Source: Pelomyxa schiedti (taxonomy: Eukaryota > Protista > Evosea). Taken from it: a stretch of DNA of 64,000 nucleotides. The notes under the pieces are model-generated. The model did not search any database, was not told the DNA's origin, and worked only from the letters and a program-made list of their open reading frames with translations. A program made the position numbers and the translations under genes. The stretch spans positions 80,565 to 144,564 of the forward strand of contig JAHLWZ010000277.1 of the NCBI GenBank assembly GCA_020536535.1. The letters run 5' to 3'. Shown piece by piece: positions 49,664 through 60,636 of this stretch (position 1 is its first letter; each line of letters opens with the position of its first letter).

Positions 49664-50738
49664 ATGGCAGGGACAAGCAGCAGCCACCCGCATTACAAAC
49701 TAACGATTGTGGGATGCAAGACTTTGCTCCCCGCTGACCCTGATGGCAACTCTGACCCGTAGTTCTTTTTTTTTCCCCCATCGCTCGCTCAATCGCTTTG
49801 GGTTTTTGTAGATACGTTAAAATTGCTGACGATTTTGGGCATCACTTCCAAACACACCCAATTGAAAACAACCTCAACCCACAATGGAATGAAAGCGACA
49901 ATGTCGAGGGCTATGACATAAACGTTACTGTTTATGACCATGATCTGTTGGGTTCATCCCCCCTTAGAAACTATTATTCTTTGCTATTCTCGACTCGTGG
50001 CATTCTTTCTTTGCTTCTTTTTCACTCTCTTTCTCTGTTCATATTTACCTTGGAAATGATATTCATTCCACTCACTAAACTGTACATATAGGATCAGTTC
50101 AGATGACGTTTTGGGTCACGTACGCATCAACCTCGAGACGCAACTTAATGAAGTTGTTGAGGTTCCCCTTACCGGAAAAGTAGATGGAAAAGACAACACT
50201 GGCAAATTCTTATACAAGGCAGAGCTTCTTAGCGACCCTCCCCAGTAAGTGGCGTCTCACACTATTTTTGCATTTGCTAAGCACACAAAATCCAGCTGGG
50301 ATCCTGCACTACCAAAGCCAAAGCGTGTCTTAAAGGCTGAAAAGAACAGGACCATGTATTCAACAATGCTTACCAAGCTCGGACCAATGGTTCCTCATGG
50401 AGCTCATATGCAACTGTGGTACGGTGAATATGAGCTTTTTGGAACCAAAACAGACTTCCACTGCATGATGGAGGTCGCAAAAGGAGGAACGCTGAGGGGT
50501 GTAGGAGAGGATGAAGTTGCCAAGTTTGAAATAAACGGTACCAATTTTCTGCACAACTTCAGCTAACATGAACCAAGGAACCTGGGCTGGAGGAAAGGTA
50601 AAATTCACAAAGCAATATCTTGGAAGGCATAAGATTGAATACACTGGAACCCTTGGGGATGAAGGTTTCACAATCAAGGGAACGTGGGAAGGACAAGGGG
50701 CTGAGGGTTCATTTGAGCTCAAACAATACATTCCATAA
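49664..50738 (+). CDS. C2 domain fused to a small Gly-rich beta-barrel domain
   Basis: C2: IVGCKTLLPADPDGNSDPYVK...NNLNPQWNE...VYDHDL...DDVLG. C-terminal domain: LRGVGEDEVAKFEINGTW...VKFTKQYLGRHKIEYTG...IKGTWEG...GSFEL. Confidence 0.85.
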
Positions 50739-50784
50739 AAAAAAAACATCCCCAAAGAAAGAACATGCTTTTTTTACCCTCCAC

Positions 50785-53700
50785 TCAACAAATGAGACAG
50801 TCTTTTTTTGTTGTGGTGTTGATCGTAGTGAGTGGCTTAGCTGCGATATCCTTTGTTTGTACACCAAGGTGTGTTGCCACTTTGAAGGCTAAGTTTACAT
50901 TGAATGACATTTTGCTGCTGGTTTCCACATAGTACACTTCTGGTACGGGTTTGCCGTCTAAGTCCTCCTCTTTGTCCCGCTTGATAGCTGCACACAATTC
51001 TTCTATCTACGAACAACATTAAGATAAAGAGAGCAGAAAGATAACAAGAAAAAATGGTCCAAAAGGATGTAACCTCCTCAGCTGAAATAACGCGGCCAGG
51101 CAAATCAGATTTCATGCCAACCAGAAGTTCCATTACAGTCTACACAGGAAGAGCTGTTAAATTATTTGGAGAGGGAGGAGATATCGTACGACAGGTGCAT
51201 ATCTCCGTACTTCCATGTGCCACTGCTTAAGGTTTCTAAATGATACTCTGTCTAGAGCAGTTTAGTTTTTGTCCTGGGAAGAGAGCACAATGACCCACCC
51301 GTAAGATCAAAGCAAAGCATGGCCACAGTGAGCCCTCTGTAAATATAGCTCATGTTGCGAGTCCTAAAACTGTCGTAGGCAAAGTACTTCCAGACTTATT
51401 CAGCGTTTTAAAAAATTAATTCAACACAAGGGAATAACCTTGAAGTTTGACAACCTGAACAAAATGTCACTGGGAAAGATAAAATGCCTACACACCTTCC
51501 CATTACATCTAACAGTAGTTATAGCATTTTCGGATCCCTCTGAAATGGGGCTTTGACAGAAACCTTCAATCAAACCTTTCTTGCCCACGTTTCTATCACC
51601 TAAAATATGGTCGGTTGATTGTATTAGAAGAACCTGTGAAGGTAACCAAGTATGACTATTTTGATGAAATAGTCATAGTCTGGGATGTAGGTCCCATCGG
51701 CCCGCATTGCTGGGGTAGTTGGTGCTGTACTCTTTGGGATTATGAAATCTTCCAATCCAGATGAAAATTGATGGTAGACTACAGCAGAGTTTACAAAACA
51801 TTCTTTTGAGAGGTGCAAAGCGGTCCAGTAGCTAGGGCGTGCAACAATTTCGTCAACAATAGCGCGGAAATCCTTGGGAATATCTTACACGGGAATTACA
51901 AAGTAGTTCTAACCTTGCAAACTCTTCTACACCTATATAGGTCTCTTGGGGGGAGGAGGGAAAGTATTTCCGTTACCGTATAGGCGGGAATGAGAAGAGT
52001 CTTTTTTTTTGTTTGATTGTCAGTAATAAGCCACTTAGAAATTGGGTGTGAAAAAAGGGATTCTGGGACCTGTGTAGCCTTTTGGAAAGCGTCAATCCAC
52101 TCCGGAAGTCCCGTTTGCATCACCATATCAAGTGGGATTCCAACAGAACTTTGTATCTAAACTAGTGTTTATAATTCCTACCTTTGGGTAATTTGTACGC
52201 ACAGTGGGATTGGCTCCATTAGCCTAAATTAAAAAGTTAAAAAGAAGGGGAAAATAGTGGCTTACCAGAAGTATTTTGGCCATATCAAAGTTGTGTGTGC
52301 ATACAGCAATGTGCAATGGAGATAAGCCACGGGAGTCAAAGGTATTTGGATTCATTTGGCAAATTTCCAGAAGTTCCCCCAATGCCACTAAATTGCCTGT
52401 CTTTGCCGCAAGTAGCAGGCAGTGGTCCCCTTATTCTCGGTGACAACTGTTGTCAGATTAGGGGGAAAAAAATACCACTGCTTGAAGCGGCTTTAGGATC
52501 AACACCGGATTTATAAAGCATCTTGAACACAGTACGATAACTTTCATTTGGAGTACTTGGGGACCCAGAAATGGACTTCAATTTGCACATGTAATGCAGG
52601 GAATGAGTCCCTTCATCAGACGTTACAGAGGGATCTGCTCCTTTCTGTAGCAATAGAAGAGCAATCTGAGATAGATGATCAGTGCCCTGAAAGGAGTATT
52701 GGATGTGAAGGTTGAAGGTACATCAGTATGTCCGTTACTAAGAGCAGAGAGAAGAGGTGTCCATCCATGCTTGTCAGGGCTTTCTAAATTTGCTCCTTTA
52801 CCCAGTAACCACTTCACAAGTGGCATATTCCCCGAATGACTGGAGAAGTGTTAGTTTGACATGGGAACAGTGGGGTACCAGGCAGCATGTAGAAGGGTAG
52901 TCCCAGTTATATCTGCTTGATTTACTCCCCCGTGGGCAATGCAATGGGAAGTATTTCGCTCCAGTTCAGGGGTAAGACTAGGTGGAGAAGCTTCGACCAA
53001 TTGTATGAGTCCTGCAACTTTACTATCAACAACAGGTGGTGCAAATGCCAACCAGTCCACATGAAACTCAGATTCCTAAATGCATTGAATATTAGTCGGC
53101 TTTAATAACTGTACCCAGTCAGAACCAGGAGTCACTTGGAACCCAGTTCGAGTTATATTGGTTATTGAGGATTGAGGAATCTTGTGGATTGTCGAAGTGC
53201 CCATGTTCGTGACCCACGCTGTAATCCTCGGGATATCAACAAACGACTTGGCAAAAATAAGAGGGAGTGCTTTAGCACCTCCAGTGGTATGTAGGTGAGT
53301 TCGCCCACTTTCAAACATCATGGTTTGCGTGGGAAGTGAGCGCAATATATCTAAGGATGACGGTGAATCTTACTGCGTCTTCAAGATGGTAAATACCTTG
53401 TAAACAGACTCTTAGTTGATTGGAAGCTGCTCTCTCCCTGGCAACCAATTGTTTTTCTACAGAAGTTAGTTTAAGGGTAATAGTGAGTGGTACAAACTTA
53501 TGTCAAGCTTGTCACGCAGGCAAGTGACTACAGCTTCCATTTGAAGAGCATCCTTCTGATTTTCAGCCAACTAAGTGGAAAAACAAAAAATAGATGGTTT
53601 AGTTTTGTGGGGTTCCACTCTGACTTAACCTTCGCGGTCAAAATCCGATTCTGCTCCCGATATTGCTGGATTTCTCTCAAATGAATATCTTCCCTTTCCT

Positions 53701-53903
53701 AAGTAATGTGTTTTCGTTGGTCAGGCATTTCTACCTCAGCCAACCCCACATCAGGCACATACCGACGCCACTGTATTAATGTAACTCTGAATGTTGCACA
53801 CCGTTTCCTCGTCGATGCCATTCCATGGTTGTTCTATGGTTGTTATACAACTACTTGTGCTTGTTGCTGTTGAGGTTTCTGCAGGTTGGGTTGATTCAGT
53901 CAT
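50785..53903 (-). CDS. Fusion protein: coiled coil + H-type-lectin-like domain + ankyrin repeats + F-box + degenerate Rab-like GTPase with C-terminal CLIC
   Basis: FAKSFVDIPRI...NITRTGF...VDWLAF; ankyrin repeats (GWTPLLSALSNGH, GTTATCG..RQAI region); F-box VTEILSLLPPRDLYRCRRVCK; YDYFIKIVILGDRNVGKK...CFDLT...SFRNLKQW...LVGMKSDL...YVETSSK...NVNLAF...DCLIC*. Confidence 0.82.
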
Positions 53904-54098
53904 GTTTGGTTCTACAAAATAAACGAAAAATGTAAAAAAGATGGAAAAAACTTGGTTGTTTGATGGGTGCTATAAAAGTGATAGTATTTCTTTAGTTTAA
54001 ATTACAAGGGAATGGAGGAGGTCAGTGTGCTAACTGCCTGCTTCCAATAAAGAGACCCTAGTGCAGGAGTTTGTGTTTGGTGTGAAAATGGGGCCTAG

Positions 54099-57000
54099 TT
54101 AGTTCTCCTTTGGTGATGTTTTGGACTTTTTCTTGTCACTTGTGCTGGTGCTGTTGTCTGGTAACAGGTTGGGCTCCAAATTTTCGGTTGATGATTTCGC
54201 ATCAGTTTTCTTGTTGCTGGTCGTTTTACTAGCTTCTTTGTGAGTTTGTGTGTGAGTGGTTGTTGTAGCTGTGGCCTCAGTTTTTCCCTGAGAAGATTCC
54301 CATGGGAAGGTAATGCTGGGCAATTCAAAGCCAAATACTCTCCTCTTTGGGGTAACTTCTACTACAGGGACTTCCTTTTTCTCACTGGAAGAAGAACTAC
54401 CTTTTCCCTTCTGGCGTTGTATGGCTATGACTAAGTCAGAAGCTTTCTCTCCAGAACTGGAGGTCTTGGCATTGGGTTCCTTTTCTAGGCTGTTTGGAGA
54501 CGGTGTTGATGATGCAACTTCCGCTTCCTTCTTCCCCAGCGCCACACTAGATTTCTCTCTTGCAGGAGAAGTTGTGGTGCTGGAAATAGATTCCAGGGCA
54601 CGAGGGCTAATTGGAGGGGAGCTTGCCTTGGGTTTGGGTGAGCCGAACATGGAAAATAAGCCCGATTTGCTGCGCTCGATTTGCAGTTCTGACTTGGCAA
54701 CATTTTCCTCACGCTTTTCATTTTCACTTGAGGAGCTATGCCTTCCTCGTGGAGGAATAGCGATTTCAATCTTGCTTGCCTTGGCTGCACTGGACTCGGA
54801 TGTTTCCTCGGATTCATCGGTACCAACCTCCTCATATGATACATATAACGGAATGCAGCAGAGCATATGCGTGTGCCGCTTTAAGCCAACAGTGTCACCT
54901 TTGTTCTTATTATTACGGGCAGCAAATATTATCTGTGTCTCAGCACGTGCCTTTGATATTCCAGCTGCCACAACTTCCTTTGGCTTGGATTTATGCTTTT
55001 TTGCTTTTACTGTTGGTTCTGGTTCAGGCTTTGGTTGTTCAACTTCAGGAATCTCGGGAGCTTGTATGCATTTATCCAGCATCTCCGGTTTTGGTCGGTG
55101 CCTATGCCTGTGCCTTGGCCTTGGTCTAGGCCTGGGCAGGTTCGTCTTCTCTGAACTTTGAACAACAGGTGGGAGGGTCTCAGGTACTTCAGTGATGGGT
55201 GCCTTCTTTTTACTACTTGATGAGGTTTTTGTGACAAGCGGTTCCAAGGGTGGCATTTCTTGGTGGGATTCGATGACGGGTGGAATGTCTGCATCATGGT
55301 CTATTTGAGGTTCAGTTGTGGTAGATACGTCATGTGGGTTGGAATCTTCTGCACAGGTTGTTGAAGCTGGTTCTTCTGTTTGGGGGATCTCCACGATTGG
55401 TTTGCCTTCTGTCACTTCGATAGAGTAGGAATGAGGTTCTGGTTTAATTTCTGGTATCACATCAATTATGGGCTCACCTGGACTTTCAACCTTCTCCCTA
55501 CTCACCAGTTCAGGTTCGTGTGCTGCCTCTTCCTGAATTTCAACTTTAGGTTCAGGTAGTGGCTCTTCTGGTGTTTCAACTTTCGGTTCAGGTTGTGGTT
55601 CTTCTGGTGTTTCAACTTTAGGTTCAGGTTGTGGTTCTTCTGGCGGAGTTTCAACTTTCGGTTCAGGTGGTGGCTCTTCTGGTGTTTCAACTTTAGGTTC
55701 AGGTTGTGGTTCTTCTGGCGGAGTTTCAACTTTTGGTTCGGGTAGTGACTCTGCTGGTGTTTCAACTTTAGGTTCTGGTTGTGGCTCTTCTGACGTTTCA
55801 ATTTTCGGTTCAGGTTGCGGCTCCTCTGGCGTGTCAACTTTAGGTTCAGGTACGGGTTCGGTTGACACTTCTGGTTCACATGGAGGGGTGACTTTTGCCT
55901 CCTCGTCAATCTGGCGTGGGAGTTCAAGACTCTCAATAGTTATTTCTGGCTGCTTCAGTACTTCAGGTTCAGTAGGGGGTTCAGGTGTGGATTCAATTTC
56001 AACTGTTGCAGTACTTTCCACTGTAGGACTGTCATCGACGGACTTCGGTGTTGCTACTTCTGCTTCCAAGGGCTGAACGGGGATTTCCACTGGTAAGGAT
56101 ATCCCTGGTTCAGGTATTCCTTCGTCTTTGGGAATTCTAGGAGATTTTGCGCTGGTACTAGAGTGCTTCCTTTTCTTGTGACTGGAAGAGGATGATTTAT
56201 GGTCAAATCTTCGCTCAGTAACTAAATTATGAATTCTCATCTTTTTTGCCTCAAGTTGTGGCTCGAAAACTTGTTCGGCTTCTGGTAGTTCATCAAGTGT
56301 AGGAAAATCTTCTTCCTTAGGAACTTTTATTACTTCCTCTGCATCTGTAGTATCAGGGTGCTCCGGTCCTGTTTCCACTGGAACCTCCACCTGAGGAAGT
56401 TCGACAACAGGATGCTCGTCGGTATTTGCAGTGTCCACTGGCTCAACTTTCTTTTTTCTACTTGATGAAGAGCTCTTAGAAGAGGATTTTTGCTTCTGCT
56501 TTTTACTGCTACTGCTCGAGCTTCCTTTTTCTTTCAAAGGTACCTCAACTGGTCTTGGAGACACACTCTTTACTTCAGACTGCGAATCCTTAAGATCAGA
56601 AGGAACCTTTAAAAAGTCAAACATGTTTAAGCCACCGTCACAAAAAGCAAGAAGAAGAAATAGGGAGGGACTCTGGGATTCATACCGGGGTTTTACCAGA
56701 CCTAAGAGGCCCATTCAAGAACTCCGGATCAGGAACCACAACATCCTCCGTCTTGAAACCCCACACGTCGGCCGCCGGCGCCATCTCCTCCTCCTCCTCC
56801 GGCTCGGGCTCCTCCACCTCCAGCTCGACCACCTCGGCTTCCTCCAGCTCCAGTTCCAGCTCGGGCTCCCCGTCGGTGACAACGGCCACCCCGCGGGCCT
56901 CGCCCACGCCGTTGCTGACCTCGCCCGAGAGCAGCTCCGCCCCCTGCTCCTGCACCAGGTCGCTCATCATCAGCGCCTCGCCGGCGCCGACGACCGTGGC

Positions 57001-57302
57001 GGTCTGCTTCTCCAGCTTGGCGAAGTCGCTCCGGAGTATGGAGACCCGCCCAGAGCCGGGGAGCGGGGTCGTGCGGTCGAACTGCGGGGTGAGGTTCATC
57101 TCGTAGAGCGAGGTTGAGGTCGTGCGGTTCATCGGGGGGCTTAGGGAGCGCCCGCCGCCGACAGACACGGATCTCTTCACTGACTTGTCACGTTCTGAGG
57201 ATGACGACTTCTGCAAGACGTTGGGTTATGCAAGGGGGCATAGCAAAGGAAAGTGTCGTTGTAGTAGCATTTACTCCGGGAGGGAAGACCTACCTTCGAC
57301 AT
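54099..57302 (-). CDS. Large Pro/Glu/Ser/Lys-rich low-complexity protein
   Basis: ATG at 57302 (MSK, intron, KSSSSERDK), an exon near 57210-56690, and an ~830-codon terminal exon to TAA 54099. No globular domain recognised. Confidence 0.7.
55540..55850 (-). repeat. 36/39-nt coding tandem repeat (PEPKVETP[P]EEPQ) with about 8-9 copies
   Basis: Repeated ggtgtttcaactttaggttcaggttgtggttcttct units on the plus strand. Confidence 0.9.
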
Positions 57303-57795
57303 GGTTGGTCCACTTCAGGTTCGTGCTTGTTGGTTTTTTTTATGTTTGGTTGTTGTTGTGGAGCACCAACGACGTCAGATGAATTGATTAATTAGGGTAT
57401 CGACGTTTGTAACAAAACACGAATGGTACTGTCTTCCTGTAAGTACGAACTGGAAAACACTCATAGCAGATTCAGTTGAGGTGGTGGTTTTGTTGAGTGT
57501 GATGTGTGAAGTGGTGCGCCACGCTATTGAGGAAAGTGGTGAAAACAGAAGGAGAAGAGTTGGTTGATGACAAGGAGGTGTAGTGGGAACAAACAGTATA
57601 TCTACTCCCAAATCTCGCTTTTGAAGAAAGGAGTCCTTGCATTCGTCTGATTTGAAGTGCACTCTCCCCGGTCTGGAAAGGATAGACCTGAACTTCGTTA
57701 CCCTGTAATCCTGCTGGTGCGAAGATTAGGGAAATACAAAAGCAGCACCTTTTTGTTCGTTGGCGCCAGCAATTACACACCCTCACCCCCCGAAA

Positions 57796-60583
57796 ATGGG
57801 CTCGATCGTCGTCACCAACCACCACGCGACGTTGCCCTTAGCCAGCGGCCACCCCAGCCGCCGGTCGCTGGCCTCGTCCTCGCCCCTCACTCGGCTCCCG
57901 CCCCTTAGCCGCTCCTTGTGCAGCGCCGCGGTGGCGGCCCCCGGCGGCGACTGCACCGCCTCGGACACGGCCGTCGTCGGCAGCCACCGGATATCCAACT
58001 CGTGGCCCAAGTCCACGACGCGCCCGCGGTCGTCCTCGCTGCAGTCCCCGGACCACGCGTCTCTGCTGGAGCAGCAGCAGCGCGGGACCTCGCCCACGCG
58101 CAGCTCCCTTGCCCTCTCCATCCCAGTGGCCGACGCCCAGTCCCCGCGCGGGGCTTCCAGCCGGGACCCCGACGGCGGCGGCGGCGGCGAGCCGCCCGAC
58201 GCCACCACGACCACGCGGCGGCGGCGGGCCAGCAGCGGGAACAGCGCCACGCTGCCGCCGCTCCCGCCGTCCCTGCACATCAGCGGCAGCCGCTCCGCGG
58301 TGCCCTCGCCGCTCGCGACGTCGGTCCTGCGCGAGCCCTCGCCCTGCACCTCGCCTACGGACTCCATAAACACAAAGACAAACACAAACACATGCACAGG
58401 CACAAGCACAAGCACAGGCAGCACGACGGGCTCGGCGGAATCGCAGGCCCAGGTGCTGCCGCCTCGGGACCGAGACATCGCCGCAGCGCTGCACTCTCAC
58501 CCGGGGCGGCCCAGTTCCCCACTGCAGGGCCGGTCGTTCCCTCTGAGGTCGGGGTCTCCTTACCAGCAGCAGCAGCAGCAACAACAACAACAACAGCAAC
58601 AGAACTCGACCCCGAACCCCCAGCTGCCGCCACTACCTGAGAAGAAATCATATGTGGGCCCAGTCGGTGCAGTGTCCAGCAGCAGCAGTGGCGTGTGCGT
58701 CGGAGCTTCCTGCGTGGCCTTGGGCCGTGCGCCTTCTCCATTGCCGCAAACCAGCCCGCCGCACCAGCGGGCGTCCCCTGTTTCGAATTCCTCGGCGTCT
58801 TCGGTTTTGGCTCCGGCTGCAGCTGTCGAGTTTGGAATTCCGACTCATCCTTCCTCGCCTCCTCTGTGTGGCAGTACCTCACCAACCAAACCTCATATCT
58901 CGGTTCAGCTTCCTTCAATCACGAGTCCAACAAGAGGGAACACTTTTAGGCCGTCTGGAGATTTGGAATCCATGGATCTTAATGAGACCTTATCATTGGT
59001 GTTAAATATTAGCTGCAATGCAACGGATCCTGTGGTATCAAGAAACGAGTTCATTGGTATTCCCTTTCCTCTGACTCCGCTATTGACCACTAGATGACTA
59101 AACAGTTAGTTAGGCCCCCCCATTCCCTGGATGGTCTATGAACTTCTGCAACTCATACCAAACAATCTTATTCTTCAAATAGTAACAAATAGTGCTGTCA
59201 TGAAACAACAGTTATTTACAGTTCTGGAGTGCCCCCATGTGGCTGGATTTCGGGCAATCGCTGAGTTTTGTTGCCTGCTAGCTACAAGTTATCCTTTGCG
59301 CGCAGTTACACGATTTTTTGTTGAAAACGAGCCCCTGTTGTGCAGTTGCATAGTAAGAAACTGCGACTCAGAAAGGGTTTTTTTGGCAATCAATGCTCTC
59401 CTTGTGCAGACACGATACTTTTCAGATACATGTGGCTTTTCTTTGGTTGTATTAAAGGCTGTTCTCCACCTGTCACTTCGCCTTAGCCAACTGAAGAGGA
59501 GCCCCAGTACTCATTCCCACACTAGTCACCAACACAAGTGCCAAGTAGGTCATCAAGCTGTTCAATCTCCACTGCAACAACCACAGCCACAACTCGACCA
59601 AACCTTCAGCACTTCACCGCCCACACACTTTTCTCCATCTCCATCACCAAATGCATCCCCAAGCCCATCTCCTACATCATCACCCAACACTTCACCTTCA
59701 GCCTCTCCACCTCTCTCCCGCCCAGAAACACCGAAGGCGCACTGCCCTTATCCCCCTCTTTCTCATATCATCACACTAATTCATTCCTCTGTATTATGTT
59801 TCATGCCATCCGACGCTGAGACCTTTAGTGTCACACCGGTTTGCCTTTTCTTCCACAATTTTTTTTTCTCACAGGCCAACCTCCTGCATTCAGGAACCAC
59901 TCAGAACCTCTGAGATGTCACCAGAAATGCTAAACACACTTTTAGAGAATAAACTGGTCTTTTCCAAGCTCTTTTCCAAGGTACCTCAGCGTTTCATTAC
60001 GCAAGACAATAAAATTATCTCCTGAAATATTAGGCCTTCAACTCTGAATTGTCTTCATCTCTGCTGTCCCTCATATGTGATGTGGTTTTACTCACACCAC
60101 CTCAGCATATATTATTTAGTTCGCTTTTCCATTTAGTCCTTGCTGAGCTGAAATCACTTCATCAACGGAAACAATATCAGTTTTTAACAAGTCAGGCTAC
60201 ACAATCACTTGCGTCTCTTACTCTGGCCTTCCTTCAAAAAGTTGATAGACTAAATGTGGTGTGTATTCCTTCAGTTTTAAATTTTGACCTTATTTAAATT
60301 CAGGAAGTGGTAAAAGACAGTGGAGATATGATTGACGTATTTTTTGACTGCCCAATAGATAGCAAAACTTATCCAATTGCTGTACAAATAGCAAAGTGAG
60401 TTTTCTCATATATCCTCCAAGCACTAACTTTGTGACAACAGATGTATTTTACTCAGGCTACCAAACCTGCAACAAAACCTCGCAAAACATCGAGAATCCT
60501 CACAGATTCTTGCGGATTTATCACCCAAAACGGTGCACTTCGCACCTGCACCCAAAGTGTTTCAACCAAAAAAATTGTATTAA
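57796..60583 (+). CDS. Hypothetical protein: ~390-aa S/P-rich N-terminus plus a leucine-rich, probably helical-repeat C-terminal half
   Basis: aaaATGGGC at 57796 and continuous spliceable exons ending ...VFQPKKLY* (TAA 60581-60583). Confidence 0.65.
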
Positions 60584-60636
60584 CCCTCCTTTTCATCCTT
60601 GGAACCAAATTCAAAGGTAAAGTTTTCTTTGTTTTG

